Counted from the first letter of the stretch, positions 28,667-44,578 are shown. The stretch: 64,000 nt of DNA from Octopus vulgaris (GCA_951406725.2 OX597827.1:72974001-73038000), one strand, 5' to 3'. Numbers and translations are program-made. Notes: generated by a model not told the origin, from the sequence alone.

Positions 28667-29796
28667 TATATATACTAGTAATATCCTTTCACCATGCAGT
28701 TTGATTATACTATTTTTGGTAACCTCGCTTTTAATTTTCATACTCCCATTATTTCTATGTATGGCTGAAGTTAATTAGATATTTAATATCAGTCATTACA
28801 TGGACAATAGTGTAATAATTATGATACAATTCAGGTAAAAATAGCTCCACACTACAGCTTTGTGTATACACACGTTTTATTTTGTGCCGTTTGTTGTCAT
28901 GTTTCGACGTGCATATTTCACCTGTATATCTTATGGGTAATTGGGTGACGAAGGCACATTAGCAAGTCTAAGTCAAATCTGTGGATTTTGTGAATATTAA
29001 TCGATAAGTGTACTGGATAATTACTTCTATTCTCTACACATATTTATGGTATAGAAAATAAATCCACCAATATCATCATTTGACCGTTCAGATATGCATT
29101 AGCTGTACGTAGCCGCAGACAGTAAAAGTATTAAACGAAGGAGTCTACTTAAGCTATTTCATGTCTTCGGGGTCGAGAAACACATAGCTGCTCAAAATAC
29201 TGGTCTCATTTTCTTTACTCTTTCTCTCTCTTCTCATTTCTTCCTTCCACTTCAGGAATCAATAACATTGAAAGGTTCAAGAAAGAGGTGTTCATAAGGG
29301 CGACCCCACCGATTATTACCTTGGGGACTCGTTTAGAAAGGAACATAAATAAATAAAAATCTCAGTTGTGTTGTCGGCATATTGTCTAACGCAGGTATTG
29401 GTGAAAGATTTTTAGATTACATTTTTCTGTGTGATGGTCACGTGTGCAGCGTTTGTTGTTAATAGAAATTTCTGCATCTGTTGAAAATAATTCTATTTTG
29501 TTTATAGTAAATTTTGCGGTAGTTGTCAGCAAAGGGTTTCGTGTTGAGTAATGACAAGTCATCTGTCAGCTTTGATTGACATGTTATGATGGGTCGGAGA
29601 GAACGTGACAAACCAGACATATTTTGCACTATTGACGATAGAGGCTGACGCGAAGCAGACGATTTAACTACTTTGTTTATCACTACTGCTGTCGTTTTAC
29701 TGAATAGTTAAGGCGTTTGCGTCGCAATTATGAAATCCCGGGTTCGATTTTACCACGCGGAACGGAAAGGCGTCTTTAATATAACCTTGGAAGAAA

Positions 29797-30440
29797 GGCA
29801 GCGAGCTGGCAGAAACGTTAGCACGCCGGGCGAAATATGCTTAGTGGTATTTCGTGTGTCTTTACGTTCTGAGTTCAAATTCCGCCGAGGTCGACTTTAC
29901 CTTTCATCCTTTCGGAGTCGATTAAATAAGTACCAGTTAAGTACTGGGGTCGATATAATCGACTTAATCCGTTTGTCTGTCCTTTTCTTTTGTGTTTAGC
30001 CCCTTGTGGGCAATAAAGAAATAAAAAAACGTTTGCACACCGGGCGAAACACGCTTAGTGGCATTTCGTGTGTCTCTACGTTCTGAGTTCAAATTCCGCC
30101 GAGGTCGACTTTGCCTTTCATCCTTTCGGGTTCGATAAATTAAGTACCAGTTGCTGGCTCCCTCCCCACAAATTTCGGGCCTTCTGCCTAGAGGAGAAAA
30201 GATTATATTCGTCTGCCTTTACGTTCTGTGTTTAAATTCCGCTGAGGTCGACTTTGCCTTTCATCCTCTCCGGGTCGATGAATCAAATACCAGTTGCGCA
30301 CTGAGGTCGATCTAATCAACTGATTCCTCTCCCCCAAAATATCGAGCCTTGCGCCTAGAGTAGAAAAGAATGTATTTTACCTTTGTCTGTCCTTGTTTGT
30401 CGCCTTCATGTTTATCATCATGTGGGCAATAAAGAAATAA
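29797..30440 (+). mobile_element. Cluster of tandem/nested SINE family B copies
   Basis: Three B-box-plus-core units. Confidence 0.75.
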
Positions 30441-30579
30441 ATATAACCTCGGGAGAGTTGACGCCCTTTGATTGAAATTTCGTGGATGAAAATTATGAGG
30501 AAAGTCAGACAAAGCTGGAATGTACCTTGTCTCTTTTTCTTTAAGTACGTTTTTCTTTAACTAGCTTTTATGTTCTATC

Positions 30580-30787
30580 TTTTTCTGGTTTTAGTCATTA
30601 GACTGCGGCCATACTGGAGCACCACCTTGAAGAATTTTTAGTCGAATGAATCAAACCAACTACTTGTTTTTCTTTTGCTAAACCTGGTACTTATTCCACC
30701 AGTCTCTTTTGCCGAACTGGTAAGTTATGGGGACGTAAACACACCAACACCGGTAGTGGGAGATACACACACACGCACACCACACAC

Positions 30788-30853
<66 letters not shown>

Positions 30854-31001
30854 CACGACAGACTTCTTTCAGTTTCCGTCAACTAAATTCACCCACAAGG
30901 CTTTGGTCGGCGCGTGGTTATAGTAGAAAACACTTGTCAAAGGTCCCACACTGTGGGACTGAACCCCAAATCCTGTGATTGGGAAGCAAGCCTCTTGCCA
31001 C
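30580..31001 (-). mobile_element. SINE family C
   Basis: Same head, core and tail as 15538-16020, internal (CA)n. Confidence 0.7.
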
Positions 31002-31388
31002 ATACACAAAAAAAAAAAGAAAAAGAAAAGAAAAGAAAAAGACTACAATGACTAAAATGTTAACACAATGGCTACATTCTGCTGCATATAAACACAGTTT
31101 ATTTACCAGCAGTTCCGGGCCAATTCTATCGCAAATGTGGGACAAAAGTTAACGTTGTTGTGACGTAGTTGCCGGCAAATGTGGAGCAGTTTTTAACGTT
31201 ATTGCCGGTAATAAAAACCAGTTTAGCATCGAAGCTCGTGTATTTAGGAACATAACATATAATGAACCGATAATACTACACTTTGATCCGAGTCAAATAG
31301 CTGACGAGCAAACCTTTACAGGGTTACTAGATATACTAGAAATAGCAGTCACATCTTCCTCAGATTATAACCTATCTCTTTACAAATC

Positions 31389-31730
31389 ATAGGTTCTCAA
31401 AGCGGGCGCTACCATCCCCCAGTGGGCGTTGAGACAGTCCAGGTGGGTACTGGTGCCTAAGGGACAGTGTGTGTGGGGGAGGAGGTTAGAGAAAAAGGAG
31501 GTATTAGGAGGAAGGCAGTGAATTGGGGGACATTATGAATTTATTATAATATTATTATAGTATTGTATACAAATTATATAATATTATATTAAATATCAAA
31601 TGATTCATAGTATATATAAATTAGTAAAATATAAGATATTTATTCATACATAAAAATAGGGATGGAGGCGCTGAGGATATTATGTGGCCATGAGTGGGGG
31701 GGGGGGCTCCCCAAAAGTTTGAGAACCCTT
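31389..31730. mobile_element. MITE with short TIRs (hAT-like)
   Basis: AGGTTCTCAAA ... TTTGAGAACCCT. Confidence 0.5.
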
Positions 31731-32147
31731 TTTATAAATGAATTAAATTTGAATATAATTTTTAGTTAATGAATATTGGCTATGAACGAGGCAAGAGCTC
31801 ATTGAGTAAGATGCGAGCATTCGGGTTCGATTCCTGCTTCCTTCCTCTTTTCCCTGTCCTTTGCAGATATCAATCTGTAGTTGTCCTGGTTGGGCATCAG
31901 CGGTACTAATCTCTCTAGTTTGGAGTGGGTTACAAATGCATGCAGACATCCTCTGCCAATATGTGCTGGCAAAAGATGTGAATAACAGCAGGAACTTGGA
32001 AGAAAAAGAAATTGCTTTAATTTTAGTCTTTCGAATAAAATTTTTCTTTTATGATATTTGTTCCTCCCCAATTATACAAACAACCCCTTGTCACACTCAC
32101 TTCAGAAATATAGTGAATTAGAGATTGGTTTATTGTAAACAAAGTGT

Positions 32148-32232
<85 letters not shown>

Positions 32233-32267
32233 ATATATCTATATATCTACACACACAGAGACATAGG

Positions 32268-32628
32268 TGAAGGCGTGGCTGTGTGGCAAGAAGTTTGATT
32301 CACAGCCACATGACTTCAGGTTTAGTGCCACTTCGTGGCATCTTCAGCAAGTGTCCGGGGCCGATCAAAGCCTTGTGAATTGATTTGGCATACGGAAACT
32401 GAAAGAAGCCCGTCGTAAATATATATATGCTTGTGTGCCTCTGTTTGTCCTCCCACTATCGCTTGACAACTGATGCTTGTGTGTTTACGTCCCCATAACT
32501 TATCGGTTCGGCAAAAGTGACTAATAGAATAAGTACCAGGCTTACAAAGAATAAGTCCTGGTGTCGGTTTGCTCAACTAAAGGCTATGCTCCAGGGTGGT
32601 CGCAATCAAATGATTGAGACAAGTAAAA
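32268..32628 (+). mobile_element. SINE family C
   Basis: GGCGTGGCTGTGTGG head; TGATTGAGACAAGTAAAA tail. Confidence 0.7.
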
Positions 32629-32653
32629 TAATATATATATAATTATATATATA

Positions 32654-32698
<45 letters not shown>

Positions 32699-32766
32699 CC
32701 GCGTATGTACCGTTGGCGATTTTTTTTCCCTCTGTCTTCCTTTCTCTGGATCTTTCCTTCTCCTAT

Positions 32767-32801
32767 GTTTCCGACGAAGAGCTCCGCTCGAAACGTTAAA
32801 C
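32767..32801 (+). ncRNA. Minimal hammerhead-like motif, variant core CCGACGA, in a ~200-bp (TA)n-embedded element (32697-32900)
   Basis: GUUU-CCGACGA-A-GAGC(UCC)GCUC-GAAA-CG-UU-AAAC; related to the 14534 family. Confidence 0.65.
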
Positions 32802-33440
32802 CCTCCTTCTTTCCTTCTTTCCTGAGCGTCCAATAATACTATATTTGTTCCACGTCCTCGCGTTGTTGTATTTTTTTGTGCTTTATTGTTTGGATTAACT
32901 ATATATATATATACGACGGGCTTCTTTCAGTTTCCGTCTACCAAATCCACTCCCAAGGCTTTGATCGGCAAGAGGTCATAGGAGACACTTGCCCAAGGTG
33001 CCACGCAGTGGGACTGAAACCGGAGCCATGTGGTTGGGAAACAAACTTCTTACCACACAGCCTTGCCTGCGCCTATACACCCCCCAACACACATGTCGAA
33101 GCAGTTCGACAAGGGCTCGGCTATCTGCAGAATATCAGAGTATTTATAACGTTAACATCAGTAGAGTTATATGCCGACTACAAGGTGAGTAGGAGATCCC
33201 CGGTTCGATTCTCGGTTGATGCAAATAGCACGAGCCAACTAAGTAGCCTTTTAGGGATCGCTCGATCTGCTAGAAATAGCAACTCACATTGTTTGAAAAG
33301 GAAAATGGCCAAGTCTAATGTATCCTTAGATACACCTCTATCAACACGGAATGGTCACAGCTGGACGTCTTTTGATATTTAGTCTGCTCAACAAAGGCTG
33401 ATCTGGGTATATCCCCTAACTATAGCGTTGTTGAAACAGA

Positions 33441-33588
<148 letters not shown>

Positions 33589-34371
33589 GCTGTACGATAA
33601 CATCGGTCCATATGGATATGACAAATAATTGGTAGGACATGTTTGTTAGTGAAATTACAAGCCCAGACTGTCTGTTCGAAAAGTATAACACATTTACTCA
33701 CCTTGACATCGATTAGATAGGATGTGACATTACATCTGTTATCAGCTCTACACAATCTTCGTGTATATAAGTAGAAGGAAAAGCGTATAATTAATTGATT
33801 TTGACACAAAAATAGTTCTGCTGTTAGGAGATTTGCTAAGGGGTTCCACCAAGTTTCGTGTTCTGGTACCCAACGTCTCCCAAAGCCGAGTGTTCAGAAG
33901 TTCACCAAAGAGTTATGAGTGAAATTTGGTTGTTAGAGTGACCGTTCTTGAATTTGTTGAGAGGTGGACTGAATCCGTCGCCCAATTAAGCACATCTTCA
34001 CTTGGCTGATGGTTTCATTTCGCAGAGTCCACTCTGTTACAAATAGTCATGACAGGACTCCGGTTTAGGGTACAGCAGACCTTAGAGGCCCAGAAAAAAA
34101 AAATAGAAATGGTTCAAGGGTCTCTCCCGAGTCATAGGCTTATAAAATCGGCTTCCCAAATGCCGTGGGGTTTATGTTCCTTCCCCACCCTAACTGGGCG
34201 GAACACCAGTCCGTCGAAGGATTATCCATTTTTACTGTAGGAATGTGAACTGAAGTGTTTAGCACAAGAACACAACGCATTGCCCGACCCACAAATCGAA
34301 ACCCTGATCATGAGTGTAACGCCCTGATCACTAAACCACGCATATACACCATACAAAATACACACAGACAC

Positions 34372-34403
<32 letters not shown>

Positions 34404-34452
34404 GCATGCATGCATACACACATACATGCATACATGCATACACACACATACA

Positions 34453-34526
<74 letters not shown>

Positions 34527-34977
34527 GAGGGAGTAAATCCAAACTTACAAGGAAAAATTAGATTTAGGATTAAATCAAATTTCACAGAATAAATATAAAT
34601 TAAATTAGAGATAAAACCACTATTAGGCCACTCAAACAGTGATAGACATAAACCAAAACATAAAAAAATAAATAATATAATATACAATATATCCCTTTAC
34701 GCTTTACTAGTTTCAGTCACTGGACTGTGGTCATCCTGGAGCACCACCTATATATAATATAATATTTAAAATTTAAATTATTAAAATTTGAAATTTTAAA
34801 ATTTATATATATATATATACAAAATGAGAAAATGGAGAAACATACCTAAATCAATCATGAACCATCAGATAATACCCAATCAATACTTTATTACACCATT
34901 ACACAACAGCAATGACATTATACATAATATATTACAAATATAACAAGACTTAGAAATAGAAATAGAAAATACATTTA

Positions 34978-35053
<76 letters not shown>

Positions 35054-35099
35054 AATTCTGCCACTACTGAACTCATTAGAAATAGTAGCTAAAAAAACT

Positions 35100-35140
<41 letters not shown>

Positions 35141-35351
35141 ATCCCCTCCCATATATAACACTTAATTGCGAGATTGCCACGCAATGAATAGCACTTGGGT
35201 ATGAATAATTGGGCACACTACCAGCAGTAAATTGGATAGGTACTATCCCTTAGTTGGTTGGCTTCCCAACTTCTAACCCACACAAAAATATACATACATA
35301 CATATATACATACATACATACATACATACATACATACATCTACATATATAC

Positions 35352-35444
<93 letters not shown>

Positions 35445-36147
35445 TGCATACATACATACATATATATATCTGTTCTAATATAATTAAATTCTATGTCTTT
35501 GTGCAGCTGAAGATTGCTCTGCATTTTAAATTGATGTAATGATTGCATTGTTCAATTGCATGAAACGATCGTACTGCATTACCTCTGGATATCCTTGATG
35601 ATTATTTTGAATTGATATATATATATATATATATACATATGTATGTAGAGAGAGAGAGAAAGAGAGATACACAAACATTTATAATGCGTCTTCTATCACT
35701 ATTTTTAAAAATTAATTTCTCGTTTTAAAGATAAAAAGAATGTATATTTATATATAGGGATATAAATAAAATAGCCACGACCTGTTGGTGTATTTGGTGT
35801 ATAAGGAAGTTAAGTTTTGTCATCTACGTTGTTTCATTACGTTACTTAAAAACCGATAGAATCCAGGTCAGTCTTAGCCTATCTATTTCTCATATAAACT
35901 GAATCTTAATTTTAATCTAATTATTTTATTCTATTGCCCATAGTTTCCAACTCTAAAGTCCTCCAATATAACAAAACACCATCTGTTATCTATGTGTTCA
36001 TACCTCCTCGATTTGTTCTCAGAAGATATGTCCATAAATATAACTAATTCTTTTCACAGATCGCCTCCGTGACCTTTGTCAAAAAGCAACCCCCGGCTTT
36101 CACGTGTTTCGAACAAATGCAACCTAATTACCAAGTAGCCTAAATAT

Positions 36148-36277
<130 letters not shown>

Positions 36278-36412
36278 GCATATATGTATGTATGCATGTA
36301 TATATATATGTATATATGCCTATATATATATGTCTATGATATATACATAGGCACAAATACATATATACATATATGTATATATGCCTATATATATATATAT
36401 ATATATACATAC

Positions 36413-36466
<54 letters not shown>

Positions 36467-38299
36467 TTTATTTATATATACATTTATATATATATATGTA
36501 TATATCTATACCTATATCTATATATATATGTATATGATGGTGTATATATATATATATATATATATATATGTAGATATATGTCCCTCTCTCTTTGTCTCTA
36601 TTTCTCTCTCTCTATATATATATATACATACCTATAAACATACACACATACACACACGTATATATGTATGTATTTATATCTATGTTTGTAAGTGTATTGA
36701 GATATCAAGCTGAAGTGTTCTTAACCATCGCCAGGCCTAATCAGGAAGCTTGCTTCTCAACAGCTTCTCTTCCGTATGTGTCAATAAAACAACACTCGAC
36801 ACACCATCATTTCATTAAAACCAACCGATGTAACGGCACCCTTTCTCCTCTTAAACTAACCCTTACCCTATACACCTGGCGCCGTCGACCCAGCTACCCA
36901 ATCCTTCACAACCTTCATATCTCAAGCTACATCGTGTGAGATCTTTGAAAGCGGGCACCCAAGCCAAGTCTATGTTATCTACTTGACACTCGTCTCTTCG
37001 TTAACAGCCACTTGATTAGCGTCTCAAACAATTATACATTTGTTTGCCGACGACTCAATCATCGTTTTTATCATTGCGTCTCCTTAAACAAGATAGCCTA
37101 CAACAGCCCCTCTCCGCACCACCACTCCCTCCTTCACGTAAGAACGTGGCTGTGATAACCTCATTCACATTCGATCTCAGTGTGAGTCATAAGTCGTCCT
37201 TCGTGACATCTATGTTTCTATGCCTGGGAAGACCTGGACTGAGTTTCAAAGATACTGCAAAAACCGACCAGTAAGGAGAAAGCTTATCAAGTCATGCCAA
37301 AACCATGAACGGTCAGAGTCGCGACGACTGACCGCAACTTCTCCTTATTTTCGTTTCGTTTCGTTCTCGCTTTAACTAAATTATAATTCTTTCTAATTTA
37401 AACACAAAACTAGTAATTTTGAAGTGTGTGTGTGTGTGTGTGTGTGTGTGTAGGGGGTGTTGTATATTACATCGACCTTAATACTCAACTAATACTCGGT
37501 TTTATTGATCCTGTATGAAAAGCAAAGCTCACCTCGGCGTAATTTGAACTCAGGACGTAAAGAACTGGAAGAAATTTCACAATTGATTCTACCACCTCGT
37601 CGCCTTGATAATTGTTTCAAATTTTGGCTCAAGGGCAGAAATTTTAGAGAATGGGGGTATACCCACTTACATTGATCCCAGTACGTGACTGGTACTTATT
37701 TTATCGACTCCAATTGATGAAATGTAAAGTTGACTTTGGTGGAATTTGAACTCAGAACATAACTAGTTGACAAAAATAACTCTAGTCATTTTGTCTGACA
37801 GACATCACATGCTCACATTATTTCAAATCTTCTTAAGGTATTGCCTTCCATCCTTTCGGGGTCGATAAAATAAGTACCAGTTGAGTACTGGAGTGGATGT
37901 AATCGACTTTTTCATTCTTCAAAGTTTCTAATAGGAAAGGGTTATTACGAAAGGGGCCAGCTGGCAGAATCGTTAGCGCGTAGGAAAAAAATACCAAGCG
38001 GTGCTTCGTCCGGCTTTACGCTCTGAGTTCAGACTCCGCCGAGGTAGCTTTGCTTGTCATCGTCTCAAGGGGTTGATAACTTAGGTCACAAAAGCAGGAG
38101 ATTATCAGAGTTGTTAGGAGGTCGGGCAAGATGACTTATGGTATTTGTTCCGGCTTTTTGCGTTCAGAGATCAAATCTCACCTTCAGTCACCAGCGTCGC
38201 CGTGGTGCACAGAATCCGTCCAACAATGAGAGGACTCCATCAATTAGAGTAATATCTTGGTTGTCTCAATGTGCAGTACATGAACGCAAAGAAGGACCC

Positions 38300-38730
38300 T
38301 GCAAAATCATCAGTCAACATTAAGGGCGAATCGGGAAGGTAGAATATTAGCAATCTTTTTCTCCACTTTCTTTGTCAACGGTGCTCCATATATTTCTTCA
38401 ATGTGTTTTTAGAAATGGGTTGGAGGCATGAGAAGCGGCGGGTAACATCATCTGTGACAAAGCTGAAGGGCTGCAGGCGAACATATATCCAATAAAGCTA
38501 GTCGTACACATTAGATCCCTTTTTCGTGATCCGTGTCGAGGTGACGAACGGGTCAATTGATGACTGTGGCTGGAAATGATTTTTATAGTCTGGATGTTAA
38601 CTCTTAATGTGGCTGAAAAGATTTGTCCAGCCAGTGTTTTTCCGTCTGATTAGCTCTTTTCCACATTTGCAACGCTATTTGCCGTTGGAAGGGTCAACTT
38701 CAGTGAAGAATAACTTGACAATATTTTGGG
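38300..38730 (-). pseudogene. hAT-type transposase N-terminal relic (BED-like zinc finger)
   Basis: KLFFTEVDPSNGK*RCKCGKEL../NTGWTNLFSHIKS*HPDY; LQPFSFVTDDVTRRFSCLQPISKNTLKKYM/LTKKVEKKIANILPSRFAL.VD. Confidence 0.7.
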
Positions 38731-39483
38731 GAATCCAGGGACACGGTTGTAATCAGCACAGGCAAATACGTTGTGGAGTTTGTGGTGTTATGTGCTGTGA
38801 TGAGCTATGTGGTGTTGGTGGAGAGGATTGCAGATGAGGTAAACGGAAGTGAAGACTGCAGGGGCATGAGGCAGTTCGATGAGAAACGAGAGCGTGCAAG
38901 GACATGTTTTTTCTTGACAGTGATCACTCATCCCTCCTAGGTCAGGATTTAAAACAAGTGACCTGAACTAGCATGTATACTGGTGCATTGTTGTACCATT
39001 ATTCTATAATTCGCAAACCGTGAACGGAACAGCCTACTTGTAGAATTAACATGAAAATGGTTGAGTACTCCACATACACTTGTACCCTTAACGTAGTTCT
39101 CAGAGAGATCCAGCATAATAGATCGTATGTGATAAGGCTAGGCCCTTTGAATTACTGGTACAACTAATTTTTGCCGGCTGAGTGAACTGAAGCAACGTGA
39201 AATAAAGTGTCTTGCTCAAGGACACAACACGCCGTCGGGAAGCGAACTCATGACCTTCCGACTGGGAGCTGAATACGCTAACCACGTGCACACCACCCGA
39301 TCATCTTCGGCGAGATCCTTGTACGCACTCGCTCGATCCGATAGAAATAACAGACAAATCTACCCCCCCTGCAATCATTGCTCCACGAACAATGTAATTC
39401 TGGATATATCAAAAGACGAGATGGTCATGGCAAGAATACCTTTCGTGATAAGTCGGCTCCGTCTTGATGACTAGGGCCTAAAT

Positions 39484-39592
39484 GATTACAGTAACAATAA
39501 CTGTAGCAGCAACAGCTGCAACAACAACAACAGCAGCAACAACAATAACAGCAGCAGAAACAACAACAGCAGCAACAACAGCAACAGCAGCT

Positions 39593-39667
<75 letters not shown>

Positions 39668-39728
39668 ACAACAACAGCAGCAACAGCAGCAGTAGCAACA
39701 GCAACAACAGCAGCAACAACAACAGCAA

Positions 39729-39759
<31 letters not shown>

Positions 39760-39896
39760 AACAGCAGCAGCAACAACAGCAGCAGAAACAACAACAACAA
39801 CAACAACAGCTGCAGTAACAACCACAGCAACAGCAGCAGCAATAACACCAACAGCAGCTGCAGCAGCAGCAACAACAACAATAACAGCAGCAACAA

Positions 39897-39988
<92 letters not shown>

Positions 39989-39989
39989 A

Positions 39990-40020
<31 letters not shown>

Positions 40021-40141
40021 AACAGCAGCAACAACAACATCAGCAACAATGACAACAGCAGCAGCAACAACAACATCAGCAGAAACAACAACAACAGGAG
40101 CAGTAACAACCACAGCAACAACAGCAGCAACAGCAACGGCA

Positions 40142-40173
<32 letters not shown>

Positions 40174-40200
40174 AGCAGCAGCAACAACAACAACAACACC
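39484..40200. repeat. Compound (CAA/CAG)n trinucleotide tract
   Basis: ~715 bp of interleaved ACA/GCA triplets. Confidence 0.95.
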
Positions 40201-40537
40201 ATAGCAACGTCTTGTGGAGCAGGGTTGGGTTAAACAACCGCAACAATAAAAGAAACAACAAGGATGCAATCGTCGTTGCAGTTGGTGATATACGGGAGGG
40301 ATGGTCGCCGTTGGAATGTCGGTAACGTTAAGTCGTCTGGAGCAGGCTTGGGTCTAGACAACAAATACAACAAGAATATTGTATTTTCTGATTTACACTT
40401 TCCCATAAAATCACAGGATGGTCTCGGCTGGAATGTCTGTGACGAAAGGTCATCTCGAACAGGCTTGGACTTAAACAACAACAACAACAGCAGAAACAAA
40501 TTCGGCAACAGGGACACAACAGACAATGTAGTCCCTG

Positions 40538-40539
<2 letters not shown>

Positions 40540-40580
<41 letters not shown>

Positions 40581-41820
40581 TGTGTACTTGCGAGTGTGAG
40601 TGTGTGTGTGTATGTATGTGTGTGTGTAGTTGTGAGTGAGTGTATGTGTGTGTATGTAAGTGTGTGTGTATGTGTGTATATGTGTATGTGTGTGCACTTG
40701 TGAGTGTTTGAGTGTGTGAGTGTCTGTATGCATATGTATGTGTGTGTATGCGTTTATGTGTGTGTGTGTGAGTGCGAGTGTGTGTGTGTATGTGTGTACA
40801 AAGAAACAAAACACAGGATGGTGTGTGTATGTGTGTATGTACTTGTGAGTGTGTGTGTGTGAATGTACGTGTATGTGTGTGTACTTGTGAGTGTGTGAGT
40901 GTGTGTGTATGTATGTGTATGTGTATGTGTGTGTATGTATGTATGTGTGTGTAGTTGTGAGTGAGTGTGTGTGTGTATGTAAGTGTGTGTGTATGTGTGT
41001 ATATGTGTGTGCACTAGTGAGTGTTTGAGTGTGTGAGTGTCTGTATGCATATGTATGTGTGTGTATGCGTTTATGTGTGTGTGTGTGAGTGCGAGTGTGT
41101 GTGTGTGTGTGTATGTGTGTACAAAGAAATAAAACACAGGATGGTGTGTGTATGTGTGTATGTACTTGTGAGTGTGTGTGTGTGAATGTATGTGTACGTG
41201 TGTGTACCTGTGAGTGTGTGAGTGCGTGTATGTATGTGTATGTATATGTGTGTGTATGTGTGTATGTATGTGTGTGTAGTTGTGAGTGAGTGTGTGTATG
41301 TAAGTGTGCGTGTATGTGTGTATATGGGTATGCGTGTGCACTTGTGAGTGTGTGAGTGTCTGTATGCATATGTATGTGTGTGTATGCGTGTATGTGTGTG
41401 TGTATGTGTGAGTGCGAGTGTGTGTGTGTATGTGTGAGTGCGAGTGTGTGTGTGTATGTGTGTACAAAGAAACAAAACACAGGATGGTGTGTGTATGTAT
41501 GTATGTACTTGTGAGTGTGTGTGTGTGAATGTATGTGTGTGTGTACTTGTGAGTGTGTGAGTGTGTGTGTATGTATGTGTATGCGTATGTGTGTGTATGT
41601 GTGTATGTGTGTATATGTGTATGTGTGTGCACTTGTGAGTGTGTGAGTGTCTGTATGCATATGTATGTGTGTGTATGCGTGTATGTGTGTGTGTATGTGT
41701 GTACAAAGAAACAAAACACAGGATGGTGTGTGTATGTATGTATGTACTTGTGTGTGTGTGTGTGTGCATGTGTGTGTATGTGTGTATGTGTGTACAAAGA
41801 AACAAAACACAGGATGGTTT
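40540..41820. repeat. TG-rich minisatellite with higher-order unit
   Basis: Marker TACAAAGAAAxAAAACACAGGATGGT recurs at ~40797, 41120, 41463, 41702, 41793. Confidence 0.85.
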
Positions 41821-41874
41821 CAGTTGGAATGTCAATAACAGACGGTTGTCTCGAACAGGTCTGACGGACCTTAA

Positions 41875-41936
<62 letters not shown>

Positions 41937-42537
41937 GCAACAATGACGACTGCTGCAGCAACAATTAACATCACCATTACCTATTAATAGTGGATCATGC
42001 TAGAAATTGGAACTTTGCTCCAATTATAGTAAACCCTCTATTAATTACTGGTAGGGACATCAAATTTTGTCATGCAACCACAATAGATTACCAAGTAAAT
42101 CATAAGCTTTTTAAAGCCAATAATGTGTCCCACCTGTGTTAGCAGTGCGATTAACTCACTTTTTAAAGTAATTTAACTGCATTTCTATAGACACATGGAC
42201 TAGAAATAAGAGAAAGGCTTTCCGTAGAAGAAAAAAAGAGCCAGTCCTGAAAGTTATATTTCATTTAGGAAGACGTTTATGTAAACAGTGCTAGGAATGT
42301 ATTTAATATGTAAAATTAGTCTGAGGAGGCGGGCTGGACGAAAATGCTTAGCTGAACGAAATGCTTAGCGGTATTTCGTCTGCCGTTACGTTCTGAGTTC
42401 AAATTCTACCGAGGTCGACTTCGCTTTTCATCTTTTCGGGGTCGCTAAATAATTAAGTACCAGTTGCGTACTGAGGTCGATATAATCAACAGGAATCCTC
42501 TCCCAAAATTTCAATCCTTGTGCCTATAGTAGAAAGG

Positions 42538-42648
<111 letters not shown>

Positions 42649-44504
42649 TAGTTTTATTTTTATAACGTGCTTTCACTTCATTATCGAGCGCAGTTCCGTG
42701 TGTGAGTGAGAGAGCAGTGCATGCCATCAAAGTGACTACCCGTCTGATAAAGTACACCAGGCACATGCATCACAACCATATGTGCGCAACATGGTGATCT
42801 CATATCAAGATAAACAGCACATGACCTTGCAGGTGGGGCACAGTTAGAATTTTCTTCTGGTCGAGTAGTCCATCCTGCTCAAAAGGTCCCTGAATAAGGG
42901 TTGTTTAAGGATGTTGAACGAAACACTCATTTTTCCAGAGGTGAATTATTCAAACCCCAAAGAATTCCTCTCAACACACGACTATGATACTCCCCCACTA
43001 CTTCTGCTGGGGATCAGAGATGCACATATCGTCAGCCACTAAGGGACATGCTCAACTGGTTAAGGTCAAGCAACTGACAAGCAAATCTGTGGTAATGAGC
43101 AGAATATTTGCTGTATCAGTGTTATTATTATTACGACAGCGATCTGGTAGAATCGTGACCGCGCCGAGCACAATGCTTAACTGCATTTCGTCCGTTTTTA
43201 AGTTCTCAGTTCAAACGTCGCCGAGATCGACTTTGTCTTTAATTCTTTTGAGGTCATTAAAATAAATACCAGTTGGGTATTGGTATCGAAATTGCTGGCC
43301 TTGTGCCAAAAATTGAAATCAATATGTAAAATTGTTCTATCGTGTTTTTTTAAACCGCTATATTTAGTTGCTATTTAAGCAAATGGGCTGATGGATCCTT
43401 AATGAGTTGGGCTGTGGTACTGAAGAAAGAACAAGAACTCTTGAAATACGTATGTACATTTTTTTTTTACCTATGTCTCTATCTTCGATTGCAATGTTTA
43501 CATAGACGTATTCGTAACTGTCGTAGCTTTCAGTGCTGGTTCTAATTTCTGTAGAAAATCTGTAAGAGATAATTAAAGACAAAACTGATTGTAACTTTCC
43601 ATGCAATGCCTTGTACCAAACAACGCAGGGAAAAGCGAACGAACACAATTGTTATAAACAGCTACAATAAGCTATTTATAATCTTATGTCCTTGTCATGA
43701 ATGCCGTCCTAATTATCAGAGATATGAATGTGAATGTGAAGGTTGGTGCTGATTAGAAAATCAGCTGCTTACCACAGATAAGCGATTGTGGATCGCATCT
43801 CCTACTCCCCCCTCAGCATAGCTCGTGGGTGATATGTTAAACAACCTCCCACAACGACCTCCAAAATAAAATAAAATAAAATGAAAAGGAAAATAAAGAG
43901 AACATAAAACTTAAAACGAGAGAATCTCCATAGTGTCATTCTACTTGCTGGAAATAGTATCCAAATCTCCCTCAAACCACAAATTATTATACTACTTTTA
44001 GAAAAAGAAAAAACCAAAGAATAAGCACAGTGTGTGATTTATACTAAATACGCTAGGTTTTTAAATGATCCCTAATGTAGGCACAAGGCTAACGAATTTA
44101 AGGGGACAGGACTAGTCATTATCATCGACCTCAGGCTGGAACTTTGTTTTAACGGCCCCCGAGGAATGAAAAGCGAAGCTAGCTACGACAGTATTTGAAG
44201 TCAGAAAGTAAGAAGCCGGAAAAATTACCGCAAGGCATTTTATCTGATGCCCTAACGATTCTTCTAAGATGTCTCGCAACCACGTTTTTCCGGAAGAAGA
44301 TTCTTAGCCGCACAATAATGCATATATCCTTGTTACAGACAATGGCACTGATCTTCGAATGTTTTCCCGAAATATAGGAGGTTTTAAAATTCATTGAAAT
44401 AAATACGAAGGTTAACACGATCGGATAAAAGTGTTGGAACCGTAGATCCAAGGAGGAACACGGAAACCAGTCGGAAGGACCCGTGAGTTTTTGAAGTGAA
44501 GTGC

Positions 44505-44578
<74 letters not shown>

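Noticed and set aside
33269-33282. GCTAGAAATAGCAA matches the Cas9 sgRNA scaffold
   Set aside because: 14-nt coincidence within a motif recurring in local repeats; no CRISPR array or cas gene.
39482-40204. 240-aa Thr/Ala ORF resembling a mucin or antifreeze glycoprotein
   Set aside because: Pure CAA/CAG tract open in several frames on both strands; no signal peptide, splice context or regular tripeptide period.
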